A stretch of DNA of 64,000 nt from Tubulanus polymorphus. Its lineage: Eukaryota > Animalia > Nemertea. The stretch is from the NCBI RefSeq assembly GCF_964204645.1, contig NC_134034.1, forward strand, positions 558,001 to 622,000. Direction: 5' to 3'. The position numbers were made by a program, and so were the translations under genes. This document shows positions 40,345-53,884 of this stretch, piece after piece; the first letter of the stretch is position 1, and each line of letters starts with the position of its first letter. Under the pieces are notes generated by a model. The model searched no databases. It was not told the DNA's origin and saw only the letters and a program-made list of their open reading frames with translations.

Positions 40345-40880
40345 AATCTATCGCCTTGCCACACCCCTCAAATCTTTGAATCTATCGTCTTGTCACACCC
40401 CTCAAATCTGTGAATCTACCGTCTTGTCACACCCCTAAAATCTGTGAATATATCATCTTGCCACACGCCTCAAATCTGTGAATATATCGTCTTGCCACAC
40501 CCCTCAAATCTGTGAATATATCACCTTGCCACACCCCTAAAATCTGTGAATCTATCGCCTTGCCACACCCCTCAAATCTGTGAATCTATCGCCTTGCCAC
40601 ACCCCTCAAATCTGTGAATATATCGCCTTGCCACACCCCTCAAATCTGTGAATCTATCGCCTTGCCACACCCCTCAAATCTGTGAATATATCGCCTTGCC
40701 ACACCCCTCAAATCTGTGAATCTATCGCCTTGCCACACCCCTCAAATCTGTGAATATATCGCCTTGCCACACCCCTCAAATCTGTGAATCTATCGCCTTG
40801 CCACACCCCTCAAATCTGTGAATATATCGCCTTGCCACACCCCTCAAATCAATCTATGTGCAGCCTTGGCACACCCCTTG
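40345..40880. repeat. 34-bp minisatellite (tatcgccttgccacacccctcaaatctgtgaatc)n
   Basis: About 15 copies; alternating aatc/aata variants in the 3' half give a 68-bp higher-order unit. Confidence 0.95.
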
Positions 40881-42896
40881 ATCGACCTTTCAATCTACAG
40901 TCAAAGTAATGCGAGGGGGCCAATCTGCAGCCTTGGCACTCCCCTCGATAAAACTATTAAGCGGTAACCTTCCCACACCCCTCCATCTACCTGTCTATCT
41001 GAAGCCTCATCACCAGCCCCCTACTCTATAAACCAGAATCAGCGATTCTCCTCCACGCGACCTAGAAAGGTGAAACGCGAGACGAGGAGCGGTTGAGGAG
41101 GAACAGTCTCTCCCTCGACGACCGAAGAGTCTGTATCGTCAAGGTGAAACAAGAATGAACGTCCGAAATCCATTAGTCATTTTCCCGGTATTTATGTTTT
41201 GTATACAAACGACAACGCAACAACGCAACGTGCGTGATGGCACGCAATAAATATATTCTAGTATCCGAACCGATACACGGCGAAGTATCAATCTGCGAAA
41301 TTGCTTGATGATACTTTATATGCAGAAATGTTGTTGATCGTTGCGTCTCGGGCGACGAACCCTTTTTCCCGATGATAAAAACTGATGATTTATTAGAAAC
41401 GGTTAACACTATAAATATGATCGGATATACTTATAACAACGCGAGGTACACACTATTTCACGGATCTGGATTGTATTCCTTTGTTCGACGCATGGTTTAA
41501 ATACACAGCAGCATTTTTGAAAGATTCTTGACGATACAAGTCCTGGCTTCAGATTTAGTCAGGGGTCTATCTAGGAGGTGTACTCTCCTTTCGCAGATAC
41601 TTTGCATTGGATGAGGTTATACATGCCACTAGGTGGCATACTCGTCGAATCGATGAGTATGCCGCCTAGTGGCAGATTTGTGGTAATGAATTTAAGGCGG
41701 AGCCACCCCTCGTTAGATTAGGCTAGTGCAGTATCGAGGTTTAGATCGGCCCGTGTTTTCTGTAGGCTATACAGATTCATGTGTATTCACTTCCTTCGAA
41801 TTTCAGCAGCTAATTATGTTTCCCCGTCAGCTCCCGGATCTCCAAGTAAAAGCATTCAGTAATTAAAAATAGTTTCCTCTCACTCTCTGTCTCTATTCTG
41901 CTGCCGTTTGTTGCGAACACTTTACTTTAATTGCTTTCTGTCTTTTAGAACGCCGGGTTTTTTTATATCTGAAATGCGACTGGAATTTAACGATGAAAAC
42001 AGTTTGTTCTGCATCAACTATTCCAACATCAATATTACCTTGCCTGCTAGATCACTAGTGTCTGTTCTAGTCGCCAGGGGCCGCCAGAGCTGCGGGGAGA
42101 GTTGAGAACCATAGCGTAGTGTCTGTTCTAGTCGCCAGGGGCCGCCAGAGCTGTGAGCGGAGTTGAGAACTCAAGTATAGTGTCTGTTCTAGTCTCCAGG
42201 GGCCGCCAGAGCTGTGAGGGGAGATGAGAACCATGGCGTAGAGTCATTTCTAGTCGCTAGGGGTCGACACTGTGAATCCTAGTGTCGGTTCTAGTCATTA
42301 GGGGTCACTAGAGCTGTGAGAGTAGAGTCATCTTATCGGCCCTCTCGTCGTTTCATCGATGCTAACAAGTGGCTGTCAGTTTAACGACCAAAGCGCCCCC
42401 TATGGGACACTAACGCCCTCTACCGTGACGATATTAATGGCCTCGTTGGAAGCGACGAATGAGACGAAATAAATAAACAGCGTTTTCTATCGTACGATGT
42501 TTAACAGAGCGCAATTAATAATTTCTCTGCTCATTTGGCTGCAACGGATCGACACGATCGCGCGGTTCCCTCGAGATTCGTGTCTCTTCCGGTTTTGCCG
42601 GATTTAACACCGCATTCGTGTCATAACGCCAGCGCCGTATTGTTATAAATAACAATGAAATATCCGTGTAATTTCTTACAGCGTTAACGCTGCACACGGC
42701 TATATAATTTATAACGTTGATCATCAATTATTTGATTATGACGTTGTTTTCGTCGCGGCGTTTGAACAATCAGTAACGCTGCGTTGTTGGTTGCTATACG
42801 TTGATTGCGGCGCGTGATTTTCCTGACGTTCGTTAACGTTACGTTAATTGTTGTTGCTTAGTTATTCGTGTGGTAACACAATTACAAATACCTGAA

Positions 42897-43135
<239 letters not shown>

Positions 43136-43885
43136 CGCCCCTTCCTTCTAACTCACCCCCAGATATAACTTCAATCTATGGGCACTGTTACCGAGCTATA
43201 CGATCGATCATCGATTTAGGAATAATTCATATTTGTTACTTTAAAAAGCGTTTTTTATCGTGTAAGACATTACTCACACACGCGCGCGCCCGTACATCTG
43301 AAAACTTGTTTGCTTTGACACTTTGCAGAAGATTATATTCACACTAGAGACACACTTACTCACACCCGCCGCGCACCCGCCTCGCGCTAATATCATCCAG
43401 AAACTTCTATTTTGAATATCGATTTCCGATGTTTTTTTTTCCGTAGTCATCGTTTCGATTCAAACCTCAAAACCGAAGCCAACGATAAGATTTGGTCGTG
43501 AGATGAAACCGAACTGATCCATCATTCTCGGCCTCCATTCTTCAGGTTCCGGCGTATTTACGCCTGAACTGAGAGATACATATGTTTAAGATTAGAAATT
43601 CCGGCACGTGCATGATTTGCGTTTGTTTGCATTTATACAGATTTCTATTCCTGAAAAGAACTTGTTACAATCCGGTTCAAAGATCTAACTCAGAACTACT
43701 GTCAAACCGGACCCTTCGAAACCTTCCTAAACGATGAAACTGGATCATGGACTGTGGAACTGAGTCTTGTGGAACCGAATCCGGAACTGTGGAACTGGGT
43801 CCGGAACTGTGGAACTGGGTCCGGAACTGTTGAACTGGGACCTGTACCGTGGATCTGTATCCAGAACTATAGGAACTGGGTCCAG

Positions 43886-44019
43886 GGGCCGGTTGCATAG
43901 TCATGGCTTAGACTTAAGACCAATCTAAGACTTAGTTCTGTAGCCAATCTAACAAGCTAAGATCAGTCTTAAGATTTAAGACCGCTTTTTGACTTAAGTC
44001 ACGACTGTGCAACTGGCCC
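43886..44019. mobile_element. PIF/Harbinger-like MITE, family M2
   Basis: TIRs gggccggttgcatagtc / gactgtgcaactggccc with CAG duplicated. Relatives at ~21068-21183 and ~48130-48525. Confidence 0.78.
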
Positions 44020-44564
44020 CAGATCTGTGAAACTGAGTCCTGGAACTGGGTCGGTAACTGAGTTTTCGATCATGGTATTACTGTTTGATCCCTGTTGTTT
44101 CACTGTTTATACTGTTTGATCCCTGTTGTTTCACTGTTTATACTGTTTGTGTAGGTTTTGTTTCTTCCGGCGTCTTTAACTTCATCACAGGAAGCGGAAG
44201 AGAGAGAGAGTGCGTTGCCGCGGCTCCGGTTACTCCGAGACTAACGCAATAAAACAACATTGTGTATATTTTGTTCCCGGAATAAAAGGTATCGAGTAAC
44301 ACGCAGCGCCAACAAAACCGACAAATCGACGAAGTGTATCATATTCTAAAAAAATCAAAAGGGCCCGCAGGCAGCTATTTCTGTTTTCATTGTTTGTAGG
44401 TCAATAGACGGACGAAAAACATTATACACAAAAAACAACTGTGAATGCTATTTATTTTCCCATGAATAAAAAACCTATGAAATCGGAGCCAGCCGTGGGA
44501 TTACTCCGGGAGTTACAGTTGTCGATAAAGTGTTCATTGTTAAACGAGTGATATCCGGGGACTG

Positions 44565-44935
44565 ATACAATGTAACTGGAGGCTGTGACAATGTCGCTGG
44601 AGCCTGTGACAATGTCGCTGATGGCTGTGACAATGTCGCTGATGGCTGTGACAATGTCGCTGATGGCTGTGACAATGTCGCTGATGGCTGTGAAAATGTC
44701 GCCGATGGCTGTGAAAATGTCGCTGATGGCTGTGACAATGTCGCTGGAGCCTGTAACAATGTCGCTGATGGCTGTGACAATGTCGCTGATGGCTGTTACA
44801 ATATCGCTGATGGCAATGGTTACAATGTCGCTGGTGGTTGATACAATGTCGCTGGAGCCTGTGACATTGTCGCAGGAGCCTGTGACATTGTCGCTGGAGG
44901 TTGTGTCGCTGGAGGTTGTGTCGCTGGTGGTTGGT
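44565..44935. repeat. 21-bp minisatellite (tgtgacaatgtcgctgatggc)n
   Basis: About 16 units, degenerating to 15-bp units at the 3' end. Confidence 0.92.
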
Positions 44936-45939
44936 GGTAAAATGAACTCTTTAGAGCTATTATGATAATATAAAATATTTCGGTTGGCAGTGAATTGAGT
45001 GCAGTCAATGACACACCGCGTTCTTTCCAGACTCTCCACTTTTTTCTCTTATCAGACAGTGATTTTCTGCCTGGATTGCTCGGTAGAAATCGCCGCTGCT
45101 GCTGCCGCTGCTGCTGCTAGCAAATTATTAATAAAAAAAGATGTATATCCATTGCCTCAATAAACGTATCCAATATAAACAGCGTGCGACAGAGAGAGAG
45201 GAGAGAGAGAAGAGACGAGAGAGAGGAGTAGAATTATTGATAACACGTTTATGTAATGATAACCCCTAATATTCATCTGTCGTTCGCTGCTGCTTCGCCG
45301 AACAGCAATTTACTTCGATCTCAGTCGATCTCAGATAGAACATTTACCCCCTCTCCCTCCCCTCCCCCTCTCTGACTCTCCCAGATAGAACATGATTGGA
45401 TGATAATTCTACTGTAATTCTACCCCTCCCCTCCCCTCCCTCCCCCCTTTCCCTGACTCACTTCCATATGTTCCTCTCTTTTCCTTAAATTCTCGAAACC
45501 TATCTCTGTCTTTCCCCACCTTCTCGCTCTCTTCCCCTCCCTCCCCTCTCCTCTCCCTCTCCTCTCGCTCCCTCCCCCTACCGACCTCCCTCCTACTCTC
45601 CTCTCCCCTCTATCCCAATTCGAACGCCCTCAGTAGTTTGGCCATCATCGATTGACCTTGATCGGTCGAGGAGTTTAAGTAACACCAGCTGTATCTGCAC
45701 TAAACGAACCCAACACCAATATATACAATATATACATGTATAAACATCAGATATTCTCTGCCGAACACTCTGCTGAGACGATTTTAAATGTCTCTCTCTA
45801 AACAACACTCACTGCTCTGATCAGAGACAGCTTGCGCAGCTTTAAGTGTTTTTTACTTATAGCTTTCTCAATATTGGAAGCAAAACAAAAGGTCATTACA
45901 AAACAGTAACCTCTAAACATTGGTCGAAATAAGGCATAA

Positions 45940-46180
45940 GGCAACCTAACCCTATCCCTAGCTCGAACGCAAGGCTTATCCTAGCAGGACTCGAACCTAC
46001 GACCACAAACATACCAGGCGAGCGCGCTAACCACTAGACCATAGACCAGTTGTGACAGACATTGGTATTAAGTCTTTAATGGTGAGTGTGAGTGAACAGT
46101 CAGGCGCAGTATTGGTGACCAGTCAGGTGTGATAAAGTACTAGTGAACAGTCAGCTGTGGTCCACTGGTGACCAGTCATC
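45940..46180 (-). mobile_element. Repeat with an internal tRNA-like A/B-box module, copy 2
   Basis: Minus strand reads GGTCTATGGTCTAGTGGTTAGCGCGC...GGTTCGAGTCC. Shares ccatagaccagttgtga and ggtgaccagtcaggtgtg with copy 1. Confidence 0.6.
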
Positions 46181-46879
46181 AGAGTTTCTATTCAGACTCT
46201 GAGAACAGTAGTTTTCTAAGTACACAGAACCAGTTTTTCTCTTTCAGGGAACGATCGAACATAAAGTGTAGTATTCGAGATAATACGCAGTATATTTCGG
46301 AGAGATGCTGAGATAGTATTGAGGACTCAATAAACAAAAATACGTTTGACACAAACCCTATAGAAAATAATATATCGGAATTCTACGAGGACCCGTAAAA
46401 CAATACAAACCGATATAGATTTATTACTAGTTTTATTACAACATTGACCCCCGTTCAGCACTCTCCATCTTCTATCTCATGAACCCCTCCCTACCCCTCC
46501 CCCCTCCTCCCACTCCCCCTTCCTCCCGACTTCTATCAGAGCAGCATTATATCTTCTCAGCAGACGCTGTGACACCTCTTTTCCTTTCGTTCTACCTTTC
46601 GTCTCACCCTGTCTACGCCACTGACTATCCCCCCACTCTCCCTCCCAAGGCGGCAGTGTTATTGACCATCTCCTCACTCTCCTCCTCTTTCGCTCCCCGC
46701 TCCAACTCTCCCTCCGTCTCCTTTTGGTAGGGCGGCTCCGATACGTATCTGTCGTTAAATATACTGAAATAATTGATAACGTTTGCTTCATCGATATTTA
46801 ATAGGAAGAAGTTGTTTGTTTGTTTGTGTGATTGGTTGATTATAAAAATTCTTGGAATTGAAATTGTTTACTCGGTTAG

Positions 46880-47240
46880 AGAGAGACTGCGATAAGCGTA
46901 GGGGCCATCAGAGACACTGCGAGTAACTCAGGGGCCATCAGAGAGACTGCGAGTAACGCAGGGGCCATCAAAGACACTGCGAGTAACGCAGGGGCCATCA
47001 AAGACACTGCGAGTAACTCAGGGGCCATCAGAGACACTGCGAGTAACGCAGGGGCCATCAGAGACACTGCGAGTAACTCAGGGGCCTTCAGAGAGACTGC
47101 GAGTAACTCAGGGGCCTTCAGAGACACTGCGAGTAACGCAGGGGCCTTCAGAGAGACTGCAAGTAACTCAGGGGCCATCAGATACACTACGATAAGCTCA
47201 GAGGCCATCAGAGACACTGCGAGTAACGCAGGGGCCATCA
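46880..47240. repeat. 30-bp minisatellite (gagacactgcgagtaactcaggggccatca)n
   Basis: 12 copies. Confidence 0.95.
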
Positions 47241-47639
47241 ACCAGTGACTAATTTATTATGATACATCTAATAGAGCTGGCACTGTGTACGGGGAAAATC
47301 CGAATCATTGTAAATTGATGATCAGTCAAAATAATTTTATTATCCCTAGAACTGCGTGTTCAGTGATTTATCATTGCTTGATTAGAACAGTTTATATACA
47401 CGACCGTTAGTGAACTCATAGAATCCCACACTCTAGTCTCCCTCAGCGGGGATATAAACCTGGTGACATCTCGTGACTCTGCCACGTTCCATCCTCGGTA
47501 GGGATTCGAACCTGACGACATTGTTTAAACACTGTCACGAGGAACGTGGCAGAGTCTCATGATGCCATCATATTCGAATCCCCGCCGACGGAGGATACCA
47601 CCCCCAGGCATTGTTGATTGTAAAGAAAGATTGCTGCTG

Positions 47640-47696
<57 letters not shown>

Positions 47697-48902
47697 TACT
47701 GTTGATGCTGATGCTGGTCCTGCTGCTGCTGCTGTTTTTACTGATGCACCGAATTAAGTTTCCAGAATGCGCACTAATCTATCGCTCTTTTTTGTCTTTA
47801 ATATCGACAGAATTTTGTGTTAAGTGTCGTCGCTGCTGCAGACACGATTCTGGCGAAGTGCTCGGTCGATAAAAAAAGAAGTTACGTCGATGATAAATCC
47901 GTTACATCGTGACAGTGATTCAAACGTCTGCTCAGAGAGGAATCAGATGCGCGCGCAGCAGCTGCAGTGCTACAATATTTTCTTTCCATTTCCACGAACT
48001 GGTTTTCAATATGCACCGATTATTCGCTTCATTTCGATCGGAATTGACATATTTTCCGGTATACGACGAACTCATCTCCCTTTACGAGGAGTCAGTGAAA
48101 TATCTCTCTTGAATCCAGTCGAGACTCCGGGTCCAGTTCTTCATCTTGATTTGAGTCGTAAAATTGTTCTTTAATCTTAAGACTGGTAAGATAGGCTCTA
48201 CAATTCCTGATGGTCTTTACTCAAGGCCGACTGTGTAACTGGCACCAATGCCGAGTCAAGGGCCAGAACCGAAGTCCAAGTTTTTTTAAGTCTGGGTCTT
48301 ATGTAATAAAGATTTTCTTAGACTGGTTTAAATCTAAGGCCGATTCCATAGTGGATACACAAGTCAAAAGTGATCTTAAATCTTAAGACTATAGTCTTAA
48401 GTTCTAGATTGGCTATAGAAGCTAATTGAGCTGCTTAGACTGGTCTTATGTTGTGAGATTGGTTATAGAATCAAATGAGTTAAACTCGTCTTAAGTCTAA
48501 GCTATGACTGTGGAACCTGAGCCGCGGACTTAAATTCAGGTCAATGAGACTGGTCTCAAATCAATAGAGTGATTCAATTCGTCGAGCTTAAAACGGTCCA
48601 GTAACACAGCCGTGTGATTGGTCAACGATCACGTATGCAGTCCCGCAGTAAATAACAGCCGATATTTTCATTGGCAGTTAATTTGATTCGTGATCGCGGA
48701 CAGTTGTTTATTATAGGATGTAAAGTGATCGTGTTTTATCGGTAAATCATTTAGTTCCGCTGCACGTTTTCCGTGTTACAACCGACTGACGGCAGCAGTT
48801 TTGCCGTCTGCTCTAGTCCTCCCGAATTTCCAGCGACAGGTTTTTAGTCGATTTGTGATCACGAATAGTCTGCTCGTATATATATCACCAGTACACATTC
48901 AG

Positions 48903-49140
48903 GGGCCAGTTGCTCAAAAGTTGGTTAAAGATAACCGGCGGATAAATACCATAGTACCAATGAAATTTCAATTGTCACCATATCAACTATCCACTGGTAA
49001 ACTCTAACCAACTTTTGAGCAACCGGTCACAGGACCCAGTTCCACAGTTGTGAGTTAAGATTTGACTCAGAGTTAACTCATTGAAAATGAACTAACTTTA
49101 ACTCAGTGTTAACTCTAACTCATGACTGTGGAACTGGATC
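48903..49140. mobile_element. Two adjacent Harbinger-like MITEs sharing a CAG site
   Basis: CAG|48903-49029 (TIR gggccagttgctcaaaagttggtta)|CAG|49033-49140 (M1 TIR gacccagttccacagttgtgagtta)|CTT. Confidence 0.78.
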
Positions 49141-50617
49141 CTTGAAGACTACCGCAGGCTGCAGACTGCAGTTGCTGAAAAGTTAACGGTTAAAGGTTAA
49201 AGATAACAGGTGGATAAATACCATCGTAAAAATCAACTTTCAATTGTCACTATGTCAACTAAAGGTTTCTATCAGCTGTCCCCTAAAGTCTCCCGGCAAT
49301 CTCTCCCCCTCCGTCTCTCTCTCTTACTCTCTTCTCGTTCAAATGAAATGAAATATTGACACTCAAGTCTAAACGGAAAACGAATCGTTTTAACGGATGA
49401 GAAATAATTTACAGTGGTTATCGATCAAATCGCTACGGAACGTCGACGGAGCAGACGGCGGCGGCGGCGACGACAGCAACGGTCACCTGACATCCATGCG
49501 CCACAGAGTTATCGATAAAAAACGGATTTGGCCTTATATGCGGCTTGAGGCGATGTTAAACCGTGATCGATTCTCTCCGGCCGCTGATTATACTGATAGA
49601 GCGTAGAACCCGGCGGCGGCCGCGGCGGCTGCTGCAGATATAATTATATATCTGAACACTTCATGTAAAGAGTCGATCGAACAGTGAGACACTGCGTCTA
49701 AATATTTCCTATCGATGTTTCGGTTTTTTAATGGTTTCTTTCGATTCTCGCCGTTTCGACGAACAGTTTTCATAACCGAGATCTCCACCGTGGTTCCGCC
49801 AGTTGGCGCTGGTGTACGTCGATAACTGACTGCAATGCTGCTGTGGCAATCGCTGATCCGTTATGTGGCGCTAGTGTGCTAGGTATAGATGCTTGTTATT
49901 GATAACGCCCGGGGAGTGGGTGGCTCCGGTTTCAGATAATTGAATTAGGTGTGGTGATGTCACATGCACTTCGCTGTCTCGTTCTACCTCTCCTTCATTC
50001 CACCGTTTCACTCCCCCCTCTCTCACACTCCCTCTCTCTCCCTCCCTTTCTCTCTCTCCCTCTCTCCTCCTCCTCCCTCTCCCTCTCGCTCTTCCTCCCC
50101 TTTCCCTCCCTCTCTCTCCCTCCCTTTCTCTCCCTCTCTCCTCCTCCTCCTCCCTCTCGCTCTTCCTTCCCTTCATACCCTTCCGCTCTCCTCTCTCTGC
50201 CCGCAACCTCATCTACTCTAGGCTCTCCCTCTCCCTCTCCTCCCTCTCTCTCCCTCTCCCTCTCCCTCCCATCCTTCCCTCTCCCTCTCTCTCTGTCTCT
50301 AATCTTCCTCATCTCTCATTCTCCTCTACTTTCATCCTCTCTCCATCAAATTCTCGTACCCCAATTCTATACCCCTAATTGATTGATATCGCTAATCATC
50401 ACTCATTCTCATAGTTTCTCTAAAGAGTTGTTTTTTTATTATATGATATAGACACGGATAGATAGATGGATAATTACACCGATGTGGTAGTGGTGTATAG
50501 TCTGATAATCGATATTATTAGCACAGATTAATTTCCACCCACAGCTAGAAAAACCCTTCTAAACCCAGCGGTGCTTTAATAAATCATCACCATTGATTCT
50601 CCTCTCAGTAACCGCTT

Positions 50618-50651
<34 letters not shown>

Positions 50652-51562
50652 CAATTCACCCCCTGATTTTATCGATGATATTACGGGAGAGAGAGGATTC
50701 TAGTTTTAATTACGTAGAAGTTTAGCAGGTCTATATTTCGCGCGAGTAGCTACACTAAACTTCCGGTAACGAGCTGCTGTGGTAATCGAGGGACCGTTAG
50801 GGGCGCTGGTGTCGTTGTTGTCGTCGTGAATGAATGAGCCTTCTTCACGCAATAGGAGAATTGGCGATGCTAATGTGGCAATCGAGGAACCGCTAGAGGC
50901 GCTAGTATACAGTTGGATAACGAGTTACTTGTGTAGATGCTGCTGCAAGTGAGGAACCGCTAGGGGCGCTAGTGTACTGTATGGTTTCCGTGTCCTAAAA
51001 GTGAACGCATGACGAATGCAAAATAAAACATGCGAAGATAACCGTACAGACCGGAGCATCGGACTGAGGGTCCGGGTCCACAGCCGAGAAGGCGGATCGA
51101 AGTTTCGGTTTCGTGTCCAATCGGACACTTTACGTTCACCATTCCTTCTCCTTCCATTCGATCGGCAATACACACGATAGAGTGTTCGGGTAGTGCTGAT
51201 AGAAATATCATAACTTATCATAGACCTAAATCAATCTATCTAGATATATCATCTACAGAACTGGTCATCATTATCATCGATATCATACAAAAATACGTTG
51301 CTATGACGACGACGTGAAAAACAATAAGAAGTAGTGTGGTGAAGAACTTGCGTCGTCATAACGGACGGAGACACACAGGCAGACAGACAGGCGATTGACA
51401 GACGGACAGTCAGTGAGACGTTCAAGGATGCGGATATTGACGGCAGCGCGGGTCTGATATAATGAGTATTATTGTTTTTATTGGTCCGGTGAATATTGTA
51501 TTCAGCCGCAGTTGATTTATTTCATGAATAAATAAACGTTAATGATGTGTTCAGAGTCGCGG

Positions 51563-51671
51563 CAGCCAGCCAGTTAGCCAGCCAGCCAGTTAGCCAGCCA
51601 GCCAGCCAGTTAGCAAGTTAGGCAGCCAGCTAGTTAGCCAGCCAGCCAGCCAGTTAGCCAGTCAGCCAGTT

Positions 51672-51713
<42 letters not shown>
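51563..51713. repeat. (AGCC)n / AGTT compound microsatellite
   Basis: Direct reading. Confidence 0.93.
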
Positions 51714-51716
<3 letters not shown>

Positions 51717-53884
51717 CAGCTTCAGTGTTTGTATCTCTATGCGGGAGTTGAACAGTGAATTCCATTCTAAAACCGTGTAAACAATAATACATTGCAGTCA
51801 CGCGATATCAATAATGCATCGAAGCGGAAGTCGGTCTCCCAGTATCGTCTGCTCAGCCGTGCGAGTAATATCATCATCAATGATGGGCGGCTCCGAGCTG
51901 AACGTTTCTCTTATTTCAAACGCCATAGATCAGCAGTGTCAGAATTATAACAATTCAAGGACAATTTATACCGCAGTTTTGAGGGTTTAATTCCACTCCG
52001 AACCCGAATAAAATTTAAGTCAAATTTGTGCTGTTAAGTAGGGCCTACGTGACTGTAAACATGTTGTGATATTGTGGTTTCACAATCGTTTTGATTTGCG
52101 CAGTTTTTGTTGTTGCTGCTGCGACATCCATAGCCTGTTGTTTGGTGTTGTTTTTGATCAACCAATCGCCGTACGATTTACCGAACTGTGTGAACGTGAC
52201 GTTGATTGAATCTAACTCGCGATAGAAAGCATAGAACGATTCTTTATTGACCCGATAAACCCCTCTCTCTCCGTCTCTCTCTCTCTCTCTCCTCGCTCGC
52301 CGACACAGCTACCGACTCGTCACAGATTCAATTGTCGACACGACGACAGTCGTATTGAATGTCACTTAAGCCGACAGCAAATTTTAATTTCGCGTCGGGA
52401 ATCAAACGAGATCGAATTATTAGTTTCGCTTTCGGTGTCGGGATTTTCGCGAAAACGATAGTTCAATGTACGTTTAATTGGACGACGACTGCGCGACGCG
52501 CGATCACCGAGTCTCATCGCGCGCTGTCAAAATAAAACACGGATTACTTCAGAATAACATCGAAGCTTTCATCAATTTTCGATACTCAGCAAATTGTCTT
52601 TTATTCGTTCTTGTCGCCGAGGAAATGATCCCCGATAACTGTTAACTTTATAGAATGTCTGCCGCTCTGAATCCCCCTATGAGATCATCATCAAGATTGC
52701 CGGATATTATCTACCCCTTAGACACACGCGGAGGTATGTCATGACGTCATATGGGGATTTATGGAAACAACTATCTATGTACCTTGAATTGTCTATTTTT
52801 GTAGGTAATTTTATGACGTCATAGGCAGATTTTAGGAGGCAGACATTGTTTTAGGTGTTATATTCTTTTGGAGGGATTTGGAGGGATATGCTTCTGTTGG
52901 TTATTGTGTTGCAGAAAGGCCGTCGTTTGAACAGCTAGGAGTTCACCTCGTTAACAGACTTGACCTTCAATACCCGCGGTTTGAATGTTAACTAGGCCGA
53001 AGTTAATGACGTCACGTGAGTTACCGGATGTCGGCTGGTGGTCGGTAGGGATTTCAATGACCGGGTAAATATCACATTGCGGAAGTAGTGTTTGTCGTGG
53101 TGAGAGTGCGCACGCGTCACCGGAAGTAAACTAACGAGAAACATACCTTACGACTGTAAGTCTATTGGATAGAATCTGACAGACAGATGGATGACAGCGC
53201 AATGTCCCCGAACATTAATGCTTCATAAAGCCGGTTTCTTTGTAAGAGCAGGAAATGTTGGGTTAACAAGAAGTAAAAACCGACGATGGTTTCTTCATTT
53301 CCTGATAATTGAGTTCAGATAAACCCCGCAACTGTCAGAAAATAAACGCTTTAAAAACTGTGGGTTTTTACTTGGTTCCCTGCCCGCAATAAACTCTGTT
53401 CCCAGTTCAGTGTCACCTATAGTTATGTGTGCGATATTGTTTAACCTTCTTTTTGCCATATATCATAAATATTTGATTGTATTTCTGGTCATTCCTAGTT
53501 AACGGCTTCTAGTGGAAAACCGATAATTCGGCCGTTTAGTGATGATAGATTATAACTGATGTTCAATTATTTCAGCTTTTTGAACGAGTCTGTTGAATGT
53601 ACGCGCCATCTTTGTTATTAATTCATGAATATTCTGCTGTGAGTTTCGATGAAATGCTGTAAGATGTTTCCAGGTAGTGAAAATCAACATTGTATTGCGT
53701 ATTAATTATTCAAAAGTCGCGTGTCACGTGACACACTTTATTAATTCATTTATGTGCATACAATGCGTGTGTGTGTGTGTGTGAAACATCAAAATCTCTG
53801 CAGACGACACGACGAGATGGAATATTAATGGCGATGAGTTTGTGCTGGCAGTGCTACCGTAGATAAATGTACGCTTCCATTTAC

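Noticed and set aside
44452-45039. 195-aa ORF with SDIVTAI repeats (antifreeze- or mucin-like look)
   Set aside because: Product of a 21-bp minisatellite open in several frames on both strands; non-ATG start and no splice or domain support.
45980-46047. Possible tRNA gene
   Set aside because: A and B boxes are present, but the anticodon and acceptor stems do not pair well and it sits inside a dispersed repeat; treated as tRNA-derived.
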